In this document: piece after piece, positions 29,501 through 41,130 of the stretch
Layout: each line of letters begins with the position of its first letter
Position numbering within the stretch: the first letter of the stretch is position 1
The notes under the pieces: model-generated
Database searches by the model: none
What the model saw: the letters and a program-made list of their open reading frames with translations, nothing else
What the model was told of the DNA's origin: nothing
Program-made: the position numbers and the translations under genes
Origin: Chrysomallon squamiferum
Taxonomy: Eukaryota > Animalia > Mollusca
Direction of reading: 5' to 3'
Assembly: GCA_012295275.1 (NCBI GenBank)
Contig: CM022670.1
Coordinates: forward strand, 32,674,001-32,738,000
DNA: 64,000 bases

Positions 29501-30429
29501 AGTTGTCATTGTTGCTGTTGTTGTTGTTATTATTATTATTATTATTACATTTAATATTCTGAAAATAATACATGTAGCTTATTAAAAAAAAAAAGTTATT
29601 TATATATTTATGTTTAAAGACCTGTTAAAAGCAGTATTGTAATACTATGGCAACATCTCAAAATAATAATTATTTTAGCTGTTGAATAATTTCTAAATAT
29701 ATTAATCTAGATAGTAACAATCAATATGATAACTATGATGACTCTGCTGCAGGATATGTTCTACTGCTTTATAAAAATACAATCTTGCTTTATGAAATAT
29801 AATCTTGCTAAATGTTAATTTTAAAAATGCAGTTAGTTATTTTTATTCTACTGTTACAGTTATTTTTGCACAGTCACAGATAAAGGATAAACGGTCTGCA
29901 AGGAATGTATCTGTGTGGTCAAAATCAAATATACTAACACACAGAGTATTTGAAATATTACAAACCTTAAAGCCTGCATATCACGGGGACACATCCAGGT
30001 AATAACTTCTAATTACAGCCATTTGAAAAGGTGTAATATCGCAATACCTTCCCTTACAACTAACTAATCTGTGATACACTAGTATAGTAGTAAGTGACTA
30101 ACTGTGAATTACGTCGCCAGAACAGGTGTGCCTCACAACAATTGCTTTAATTAGCATGTTAAAAATGTTCCGTTCAATTAGACTACGCAACCTGTAAATC
30201 AAACAACCATTACATAGAATTTAATGACCAGTGGTGAAAAAAAGGAAGAAGACGAAATTTATTCTATAAATAATGCTTTGCCTTTGCTTTTGGCCATTAC
30301 AGTTTTCTGCAGGTACTGTAAGTGTAACAAACAGTGTTGAATCAAAACAAAAACAGATAAACATGTTAATGAAAACCTGAACAAGTCAACTGTTACCTTA
30401 ACTTGTAGAATACGTCTAAATATACTTAC

Positions 30430-30620
30430 CATCTATAATCCATACAAAAAAACAAAAGGAATCAAACATTAAAAGAAAAATATAAGGCCAAATCCAAATC
30501 TGTCAAAGCTCTGCATCTCCAAGGTATACGAAACTAATTTTTCGATCATGTTGCGCAAACATGCGATACTGAAACAGGATCGTTCTATTTTGTGAGCAAT
30601 GCAAAAGGAAAAGATCTGAC
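30430..30620 (-). other. Probable non-coding first exon of the Roco gene (5' end approximate)
   Basis: Strong donor G|GTAAGT at 30430/30429 (minus) and matching acceptor TTTTTTTCTTACAG at 26816. Locally CpG-richer, divergent from GADD45GIP1. Confidence 0.4.
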
Positions 30621-31043
30621 AGTTTGTAGCTCAGATTATACCAATATATAACTTCTACAAGAAATAAACTTAACAGTAACATTTAGACATAACGTCTCCA
30701 AAAATTGATAATGAATTTATATCGTTGACGCATATTATTCGAATTAAACGCTAACTTAAAAAACTAAAATAATATATAAAATAAAAACATTTACAGTACA
30801 ACTTTACCCTTAGCTTTATTTTCTGATGTTTAAATATTATTTCTTTTATTTTATTATAACATTTATACCGTCCCGTTATATACAACATTAATATTTAAGT
30901 TCTGTGATATCAATACATACCTTAGACTTAGAGCGAATCCATAGTATAACAGTCAGTAGAATACGTGATAAATACGAATATTGATCTACTTGACATGATG
31001 AGCATTATGTTTTATTTATTGTTTCTCCACAATTTTATTTATT

Positions 31044-31370
31044 CAGGTTGAGAATCCTTTATCCGAAATGCTTGGGATCGGAAGTATTTCGGATTTCGGA
31101 GTATTTGGATTTTGGAAAATAAAGAGATAGCATAAGAATGGAATCCACGTCTAAATACGAACACATTTATTTTTCATATATAACTTTCATTTACACAGTC
31201 TGCATGATTTTTTAAAATAATATTTTTAATAATTTTCTGCTTAAAATACGGTTTGTACATGCCAAAAAGACTGAAAATAGTAAGATGTTAATATTTCTGC
31301 TGCTCGTTAAAGGTTTCGGATTTCGGAGCTAATCGGATTTTTTAAATTTCGATAAGGGATCCTCACCCTA
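31044..31370. mobile_element. Non-autonomous pogo/Tigger-type MITE resembling Tigger4/Zombi
   Basis: Left end CAGGTTGAGAATCCTTTATCCGAAAT; right end CGATAAGGGATCCTCACCCTA is a degenerate inverted repeat; subterminal TTTCGGA/TCGGATTT motifs at both ends. Confidence 0.8.
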
Positions 31371-32081
31371 TTCTGTTTAATGTTTTTATTTAATGACAGT
31401 TACAAATAGATAGGTAAGAAGAAAAAAACACCTAATAATAAACTAATAATAATAATAGTAATAATCATAATAATAACTAAATAAATAAAACAAAATTAAA
31501 TACTGTCTTAATTTAATATTAAAGTGAAACTAGTTTGCGTAAGTTGTTTGAAAAAACCAAAAAAAAAAAAAAAAACCCACTTAAATACATTACTGGGCAT
31601 TTATATAGAAGGGGATGTATCCAGTCCAAACCGTATCTTAATCGATGCCCCATCTGTTAACAGTATCTAAAGAAGGCGTTCAAGACTAGCAATAAAGCAT
31701 TAACGGTACAGTATATATATATATATATATATATATTAAAATCGTTTATTTATCTTTTGATATAATACATTATTCTTTAACATGTACTAACACATTTCAG
31801 TATCAATTATTCTGTAACAAACAACATGTAATTCACAAAACATGAAATAAAATGGAAATATAACATATTTAAAGAAAAAAAAAAAAAAAAAAGCACACAA
31901 ATCATTTATATAATATACATTTTTCCCCCAGTATATTATATTTAATTTAATGTAAAATATTGTTTGTGTTTCTTTATTGTTGTTGTTGTTGTTGTTTGTT
32001 TGTTTTGGGGTTTTTTTTGTATTTGTTTATAATGGGATCTCATACATCAGCGGTGGAAAATGAAAAAGAATAAGGAACAAG

Positions 32082-33553
32082 ATGGCTGCTTCCATGCATA
32101 GCAAATGTTTTCAGCGATTTTATTTCAATTATGTTTTACTTTTGAAATGTAGCCGCAGAGGGAACTACCACATATTTTGGGCACCACTTTCTAGTACATC
32201 GGGGCCTCTTGCCACAAAAGACGAAGATGAAGAATATGACCATATAGCAGCCATACGAAACGTGTCAGGTTTGAAGGGTAACCTTTACAAACGACTTCAC
32301 AGTGAAATGCCCGAAATTCTTAACAGTTACCAAGAACAGCTGCGTTATCAAAGACGACTTTATGCAAAATTTGGTTCACAGTCGGATATAGATCCAAGAA
32401 TTATGTGGCCAAGCAAAGCGCAACTGGCAGAAATCATTGAAGACGAAAAAACATGGGAACCAACACTTGAACAGACACTGGAAATTGTTCGCAACAGAGA
32501 GCTCGAAGCAGCAAAGATACAGAGATTGCGGTTTGTTTTCTTAATAGCATATAAAATGTAATATCTTAGATCCACCCTTTAGGTCTGCCCTATGTTAGCA
32601 AAGGTTTTACTCAGTACTTCACTTCCATTTACCAATATAGTATTAATAACTTAATCAGTTAATGAAAATACTTTTTTAAAAGTCACATAAAACTGTAAAA
32701 CACATTCAGTGATTCACTCTAACTTGTCTGTCAACCAGTTTTGCCTTCCAATCATAATTATATATTCACTTCTTCATCAAATAAGAAAATACTGCAAACA
32801 TAAACAGCAGCACAAAGTTATATGACAACATATAAAATATTAATCATGAGGATATAAAAGAAAATTAAAAAATCTAGAATATTTTTCACTTAATATTATT
32901 AAATAAATAGTCTGTCTCAATTAAGTATTTTTCTAGGTGTAGAAGTTGGTAAATTATGTAAATTTTATTATTCATTTTATTAAATTATTACTGATTTAAA
33001 ATGAAATCAGTTTGAAAAAAGTCAAAAACACTTTTTATTTATTTTGTTTTTTTCATTTTTTCCACCTAGTACAGTAACACAATCTTAATGAAAATAAAAT
33101 TCAATATGCTCAAATTAATTTGAAAACTTGTAAGATACATTCACGTTTTTTTTACTGTTCTGATTTTAGAAAGGCCTTAATGATTGGATAATGAGAACAT
33201 TTTCCCAATTGTTTGTTTTAACAGGACTTATCTTCTATTCTGTATCAATTTTCATTTTCAGTGAAGAGAAAGTGGAACAGAATATGGAGAAAATGTCTAA
33301 GTGGATAGATGAATACCACCAACGGAAACAGGCTCTGGTTGACCAGCAGAAGAAGAGAGAAGATAAGAAAGCCAAATTGCTCGAGGAAGCTCGCGAGTAT
33401 TTTGGATACCAGATTGATCCTAGAGACAAAAAGTTCAAGGAGATGTTAGAAAAGAAAGAACTCGAGGAGAAGAAGCTAGCCAAAAAGAAGAAGAAGCAAA
33501 CCAAGCTGGAAGAGCTGACTGCCAGACTTCAAGCCATGACTCAAGAGTCCTAG
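32082..33553 (+). CDS. GADD45GIP1: GADD45GIP1 / CRIF1 / mitoribosomal protein mL64, ~246 aa. Exons 32082-32530, 33262-33553
   Basis: YAKFGSQSDIDPRIMWPSKAQLAEIIEDEKTWEPTL and EAREYFGYQIDPRDKKFKEML match CRIF1/mL64 motifs. N-terminus looks like a mitochondrial presequence; a phase-2 GT-AG intron joins the two exons in frame. Confidence 0.9.
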
Positions 33554-34560
33554 CAACAGATTTTTTAAATACGTGATAATCTTGAAAAGAATTAGGTTTT
33601 TCAATATTTAAGGACATATAAATATCTGTATTCTGTGGACTAAGTAAATGCTGGATAGTGCTTTTAATTTCAAAATAATAAATTAAGTTTAAAAAGAAAG
33701 AAGTACTTTTAACATATATTACTGTATTGTTCATTTGCTTTTCTTTTGAAGTATCTGGTCTAACAGAGTTATTGGCCTTACAATACATGACCTGAAATAT
33801 AAGATTAGTGATATTTTATAAGAGACACTAAATTAAATACAAGTTATTGAAGATGTTTTGTGTTGGGTATTTTGTTGTTTTTTACTGCTGCAAAAGAGAG
33901 TTTAACTTTAACTAGAAACTGACACCAAAAAAAAAAAAATTTAAAAAATGAAATAATTAAATGGTAATCTTCCTTTGTTATTATTTATTTATTTTTTACA
34001 ATTATTATTTTGTTTTTATATTTATATTTAGATAGGTTAAAAAGAAAGACTAATAACTAAAGTAAATAAGTAATAATAACAATAAAAAAAATATTCTAAA
34101 CTTGTTAAAGAATAGGAAAGGAATTGCCTTATGTAATAAACAGTTGTGACAAGTTGCAGAATAAACTGAATTATATTTATTAAACTAAAACAAAATTCTT
34201 CTAGTAAACAATACTTTAAAACAAAAGCTCAAATTTGTATGGGGTCCATAATTACCACAGAACGGGTAATTAAGTGCATAGTCTTTATAGACATTTTCAA
34301 TGGATAAAAAATCTGTAATCAATTATCAACTTACTGCCAAGTCATTCATCCAGCGGATACCACAGTTATATTTTTCTACTAAGGTGTGTTGCCATAATAA
34401 ATTTGATAATGCTGTCAAAATAATATGACCATGCTATTCACCTGGGTGACAAATCATAGTGAAATGTATTCTTTGTGCCCGAATTGTCGCCCTTCCTTCA
34501 CTAGTGGTTTATCTTTGCCCTGTGAGCTGTGATCATTCTCCCTTCCCTCACCTCAGTTTC

Positions 34561-35092
34561 AAAGATGCTGGCTTCACTTTATATAGCCTTTTCGGTCGTT
34601 ACTTATAAATATTTATACATACAGACTCGTGATACTGTCAGTGGAAAATTGTTGCGGTTTTCCTCTCGGAGCCTTGTTCAGAGTACCAAAATTAATGTGA
34701 CAAGTAATAACCGATAGTTAAATAATGGCCCTTTGCCTTTTATATTATCTATTCTTAATAAAATATTAAACTACTATTTTTCAGTAATTTAATTTAAGTA
34801 ATAATAATAGTAATAATAATAAATTTAAAGATGCTGGCTTCACTTTATATAGCCTTTTCGGTCGTTACTTATAAATATTTATACATACAGACTCGTGATA
34901 CTGTCAGTGGAAAATTGTTGCGGTTTTCCTCTCGGAGCCTTGTTCAGAGTACCAAAATTAATGTGACAAGTAATAACCGATAGTTAAATAATGGCCCTTT
35001 GCCTTTTATATTATCTATTCTTAATAAAATATTAAACTACTATTTTTCAGTAATTTAATTTAAGTAATAATAATAGTAATAATAATAAATTT
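34561..35092. repeat. Direct tandem duplication, 2 x 266 bp (34561-34826, 34827-35092)
   Basis: Both copies start AAAGATGCTGGCTTCAC and end AATAATAAATTT; no differences found by eye. Confidence 0.93.
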
Positions 35093-37518
35093 AAAAAAAA
35101 AGATTTGGGATCGTTTTTGAGGCTGATTATTATGCTTTTGGTATGAAGCCGAAAAGAATCTTGCTGCCATCTGTTCATGACCGTTTGAATGTCTGTTGTT
35201 GCTCATTATTACCATAAACTGGTCTTTTACATAGTTAGGAAAGCACTTGCAATATAACTAAATATAACAAAGGAAATGAAAGATGTTGTTGAACTAAACA
35301 TTTCTCAAAGTCGACCTTTTCTGTTCTCTTATTATTATTATTACATGTGTGTTATCTTAAAATAAAATGGCTTTATATCTATGTATAAAACTGCTAATAT
35401 TAATTGAATATGAACCATGATTTTTATGACAATAATTATAAATAAATTAATTAAAACCAAATATCGTAAAACAAATCCTGTGGGCCCATGCGGTTTATAA
35501 TAGTATTAGTTGAATCAATGTAGTTTCCTGATCACACAAAGCTGTTATTTGAGTGTATTGTTTTGATATGTGAACTTGTAACATTTCCATGGGAGCATTC
35601 AAGGTTTTGACCTTAGTTCTGAGTAACAGACAGTACCTCTGAATACTGTTTAAAAAGATAAAAATGCAGATAACTCGATATTTAATTTTTCCGCTAATAC
35701 AACGAATTTGGAAATTATTTATATTTTACCACACTAAATTTCTTCTTTTTTTAATCTCCCCCATCCTTTTTCTGCGATTGGATGCGAAAGACATTTAAAT
35801 ATTTTGCAGTGAGTTTCATATTTTAGTTTATTGAAGTAACTGCACTGATATATATTATTATTTTCTTTTATGTCATTTTCAGTTACTTTTTTTTTTTTGC
35901 AAACTAGGTTTATAATTCCCTGTTGAATTTGAGAAAGAAACATAAGTTTCTGTGAATGGTAAAGAATGGAGTAACGGGGTGTATATGGCTGAAAGAGAGA
36001 TGGAAATATTAACAATTTATTATTAAACATGTAATAGTTAAAAAATAACAAAATTCATGTCTAGGTTTTATAGTCTATTAAGTACACACAAGCTTTCATG
36101 CATCCCTGAATATGTTATTGCGACCGGAATTGTATTAAATCGTTTCAAAGCAATGCTTTTCATACAGCATTCTCGTAATTCGTTTCTCGAATATTCGATC
36201 TGTAATTATACTAGCCATTAAAAATCAGTCCATTTTTCTTTTTCTTAGAAAAGTAATAAACTGATTATATCAAATCCTATGATAAATTATTCTCTGAATA
36301 GTGATCAATATACAAGACATTATACCTTGATAGATTACTTCGATTCTCCAGAAAACAGTTTTGTGCTGTTGCCACCAGTTACCATTAACAGTGTGAATTA
36401 AGAAAATAATAAAAAATAGTTATTTATTAATATTAATTTATTTTCACAACAAAAGAGAAAGAAGGAACTGATGTTAAAAAAAATAAAAATAAAAATGAAC
36501 GCTGGTCTGTCTTTGTATAACGATTTTATTCCAAATCGTACAAATTATTTATAACATCTGAAAAATACCGGTAATAACAAAATAATAAAATTAAATAATT
36601 GCTAACCACAGCATAAAAATAATAAATGTTTGTTGTAATTATTATAGAAATATACCGTCTGAAATATAAAGAGAAATGTGGTTAACATCTAAAGTTTATT
36701 TAATTCTAATATTAGTATAGGTATATCTATTTTATATTTATTACAAAAATAAATCAGTGATGATAATGACAATGATAATAATTTTAAAAGTCATTTGAAA
36801 TATTCAGTGTACATGGTGTGTTATTTTATTATTATTTTAATTATTATTATTTTTCTTCAATGTAACAGGTTTCGTCTTTAATGTTATATCCTTCGTATTT
36901 AAGCCCCACGATACCCTAATTATCTAGGTAACAGACTGCTAATCCAGCGAACATTTGACCGGAGATGACCCGGATTCAGATTTTCTTAAGTAAGGCCTAA
37001 TATACACTTAAAATATAAAATAAATACTGGAGGAAAAACAAAATTGTATTTAACAGATATAAATTAATATGCAATGCATTTCTAAAGCCGATTTATTACA
37101 ACTGAGCGACGGTTATGAAAACATAACACTTTCTGTTTTCTCCTTTTTCTTGAACCTCTATGATTAACTAAACTAAGGTCATTGTAACAAAATCTTATAA
37201 AATTTTGTCATCAACATATGATTAGATTGCTGGGTGAATAGTTAAACGAAATGATTTATTACATTATCAATTAATAATTAAAAATTGTCCCCAAAATTAT
37301 GGACGTTAAAAATTATAGTCGCATTCCCAATATTACTGTTGCAAGTGATATTTTTTTTTTTTTTTTTATTTGCCCTGTGATCCTGTTATCTGATTTTGTC
37401 CGTTACCACCAGTGTGCATATTTCATTAATATGCGCCCCGGAAGTTAAATAAATAAATAAAATTAATTATGTATATGTATGTGTGTGTGTGTGTGTGTGA
37501 ACACTACTACTACTACTA

Positions 37519-37858
37519 CTACTACCGAACCAATTATCCGGACTCCTTTGGTGCCTGAGGCATTCCGGATTTCTGGATTTCTCGGTTTTCTGGTATCAAG
37601 GCATCTAAATATATAAATAATTAGGCATAAACATTTTAAAATTAAAAACATAAAGAAAATGGACCATACACAACTGTGGCGACTCGACACGTAAACAATG
37701 CGGCGAGTGAATGAACGCCACGCGGCTCGAAAGAGTAGTTCCGGCTTGGTGAGGACAACACCCGCGCGCGAGAACTATGAAAATAGCGTTGGGAAAAAAT
37801 ATTCCGGTTTTCTGATCTTTCCGGATTTCAGGACGCCGGATAATTGGTCCGGTACCTG
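37519..37858. mobile_element. Tc1/mariner-pogo-type MITE (~340 bp)
   Basis: Left TACCGAACCAATTATCCGGACTCCT versus reverse complement of right end CAGGTACCGGACCAATTATCCGGCGTCCT. Right end followed by TA; left tip merges into a (CTA)n run; subterminal CCGGATTT motifs. Confidence 0.75.
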
Positions 37859-38157
37859 TAATAATAATAATAATTATAAATATGAATTAGGCTATTAATT
37901 TAATCCAAAAATCTACAAATTTTGAGATTCTAAATCAACTGAGTTACTGAGTTCAGTGTCCTATTTTCAGTTCTGACGGTTTTCCTTCCTTAATCGTCAC
38001 TCGTAACTCTTCTTTCTGCCACGAAGAATATGTTCATTAATTGCATAGAATAACGAATGAGATCAATTAATTCATATATATCCAGCGGTCCATAGTTCTC
38101 ACTGTAGTTGACTATAAAGTATATTTAGTCACATAATGGACATTCTAAAACACGAAA

Positions 38158-38658
38158 TTAAATTTTCACATAACTAGGACGTCTTGAATGATTACTTCTG
38201 TTCGTCAAGATATTATTATTCAGCAAGTTGCACGCCTCGACCACCCTCTCTGCCGCCTTGAACTTCATCTTTTCAGCGTTTGTAACTGAATTAAGTCCAG
38301 ACATAGGCCTATGACTCATTGCTGTGTAGCCACGCAATTGCGTAAAATCTGTTGGAACGTAACTAACATGAGGTCGGTAAGACGAAGAAAGCTGGGGTTG
38401 CCATGCGTTGAACAGATTGTGTATTATTTCTTTCGAACTGATAGCTGTTTTCTTTCGACATGATGACGAACGACGACTGTCCGTATCTCTGGATGTCGTT
38501 GCTACACTGCTTACATATGGAGATGAACGATCAGTTACATGGTCCATGTCATCAACATCGCTGTTTCTCTCGGTGTCTTTATCCGAGTCGTTACCTATAT
38601 TCGTGTTAATCGCAGGGACTGTTGAATTCTGCTGACTTCTATTTGCTAGTGAAGGCAT
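38158..38658 (-). CDS. Uncharacterised 166-aa Ser/Thr/Asp-rich protein (single exon, or a terminal exon)
   Basis: 501-nt non-repetitive ORF, clearly GC-richer than background; AAT ATG start context; no family recognised. Confidence 0.55.
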   Translation of the reverse strand: MPSLANRSQQNSTVPAINTNIGNDSDKDTERNSDVDDMDHVTDRSSPYVSSVATTSRDTDSRRSSSCRKKTAISSKEIIHNLFNAWQPQLSSSYRPHVSYVPTDFTQLRGYTAMSHRPMSGLNSVTNAEKMKFKAAERVVEACNLLNNNILTNRSNHSRRPSYVKI

Positions 38659-39051
38659 ATTAAATTAAAAAATATATAGATTAGTCACAGCTCTGTGTAC
38701 TTGTAAGTTACACTTATCACAAGGTAAGTTTACGAGTTAAGTAAATAAGTTCACAAATAATTAAGTTTGAAAGGTCTCCGTTTCAGAAATGTTATCGTAC
38801 TTATCCAACCAACACAACTTCATAGAAACGAAAAATCCAAAAGTACACTGCAAATGTATGTTCTGTACGGTACCACTGGGGTTTTTTTCTGAGTTATTCA
38901 GACAGGTTCGTGCGACCCAGTGAAATAAGAAAGTTTACAAAAGGTTCCACACAATCCTCTTAATGAAGTCTTTACCGATTATCACACACTTCAGTACTGC
39001 GTGGATACAAATTCCTTACTCTGTATGTGCTTTATGCTACACCTTCTTGAA

Positions 39052-39237
39052 CTATATAGCCTTGTGTTGATCTATGAAATTATCTTTTAAATGCTTTCTC
39101 AACGATCTGCGTCTCCAGTTGCCCACTGTTCTTTCGATATTTCTTTCCAATAATCGATTGTAATCCATCACCATCGCACAGTGAGCTTGTGAGGCACAAG
39201 CTTCGGGCACTTCATTAAAAACTCGAACCTGATCCAT
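39052..39237 (-). CDS. Possible 61-aa small ORF upstream of the 166-aa ORF
   Basis: ATG G start, protein-like composition, raised GC; no homology recognised. Confidence 0.25.
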   Translation of the reverse strand: MDQVRVFNEVPEACASQAHCAMVMDYNRLLERNIERTVGNWRRRSLRKHLKDNFIDQHKAI

Positions 39238-40354
39238 GAATAATGATAGGCTACTTCAGTTGCATAATTTTCGAACATTATAAGCAGTAACATATCATAG
39301 AACTAATAGTCTTAACAACTTTGCTGCAGATTAACCAGAACACCACAGTTAGCTTTCTACTTTAAATATAAGCTGCAAACATTTCATCAAAACACTTCGA
39401 CGGCTTTATTAGTTGCGCAATCTATAACGTTATATCCTCTTTATGAGTTTATTTGTATTAGCTGCCATTCAAAAATTGTGTAATGTTATTATCTTTAGAG
39501 TTTACCCGCCTCGCAAAAGCTTCCACACGTGAACAACATACATACATGACTACATAATATCAAAACCTGTTACCAGTTACTGACATTAAAATTCATTTCG
39601 CTTCTATTTGTTAATTAAACATTTCATTAGAAATCATTTTCTCTTCTATTTATTAAAAGTAGCTTTTTATTAAATATATTTAACTTAATTACAAAAACAA
39701 CAACATTGATAAATAATAATAGTAATAATATTCATTATTATTATTATTATTATTAAAATATACTTTGTAGTTTACTTCATTATTATTCGCTTAAATATTT
39801 CCCCCAAAGAGGATATGAATCTCAGAAAGTAATTTAATTTAAGTTAATCTAAAAAGAATAACAGTTAGCTGTTAAAAACTAGATATATTTGGAGTTAGGC
39901 ATTGCCTGTATTAAACTCCAGGTACTCGGTGTGGATGTGATTTGACGATAAAATGAGTCCTTTAATAAAAAAATAATTAAAATCTTATTATTCTTCTATT
40001 TATTTTGTTTTGTTTTGCTTTTAATTTCTATTCTTTTTCCAAATTTTTTAATTAGAATTTTCATTTTTCTTCTTCTTTTTTTTTTTTTTTTTTTTTTTTT
40101 TTGAGAGGGAGGGATTAAGATAAATAAGAAGAAGAAGAGGAAGAAGTATCAAAAAAAAAAAAAAAAAAACCCAGCAACCTCGATCATAATCACTGTTATT
40201 GTTATTGAATTATTAGCACAGAACAGTTTATCAGCTAGAGATGAAAAACAAAAACCGGCGTAACTACGCATCTCATTACTATAAATAGAAATGACGATAC
40301 GTGGTCCTCGTTAAGTAATCAGCTATTCACTCGTTATATTTATTTATATATTAG

Positions 40355-40385
<31 letters not shown>

Positions 40386-40882
40386 GAAGAAGAGTAAAAG
40401 AGTTTCATTAATTATACTGATGATTGAAAATAAGTAACATTATCAAACAAGCGCATTACTTGTTTGGAGAAATGTATGACGGGTTAACATTCCGTGTTAA
40501 ACGAGAGACTGCGGATGGATGGGGTACTAGACGTTAGTAAAAGCACAGGAATTTTGAAAAAAATTACAAAGAACTAAATGGACTTCGCTTATCTTATAAA
40601 CCTTGTATATTGTGGGCAAATATTATCATGTACAACAATCTATAATCTGATTCATTCGTTAACAGTGTAACTTTAAATTAAATGACTAGCAAATATTATG
40701 TCTTTTTGTTCTTTGGTAATGGTATAATTTTCACAAATGGCACATCAACACGGACGATGGGTAAAACAATTATTTGAGAATGTCTAGTTTACGGATTTTT
40801 TTCTGGGAAGCCCTTTGTACTTCAAGCTATCATTTAAAATAACAAAAGAAAGAAAAGAAAAGAAAAAATACAACAAAAAAAC

Positions 40883-40916
<34 letters not shown>

Positions 40917-41052
40917 AACAACAAAAAAACCACCCATAAATAAATAAATAAAATAATAAAAATAAAAATAAAAATGAAAACACTCATATATTTATGTTTG
41001 TGTTGGTGGATGTGTTTATCATTATTATTATCTCTTAATCTGGGTATATCTG

Positions 41053-41060
41053 TGACGTCA
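41053..41060. promoter_or_regulatory. Palindromic cAMP response element (CRE)
   Basis: TGACGTCA, 70 bp upstream of the ATG at 41131. Confidence 0.5.
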
Positions 41061-41130
41061 TTATATTGTAGCGTAGGCCTACTTTGACTTTTATGGCGAT
41101 GGTAACGCATATTAATTATGAATATGAATA

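Noticed and set aside
37463-37898. ORFs of 75 and 66 aa
   Set aside because: They lie in the MITE and adjacent microsatellites and show no transposase motifs.
40784-41110. 108-aa ORF with an apparent transmembrane poly-Phe stretch
   Set aside because: The hydrophobic run comes from poly-A/T tracts.
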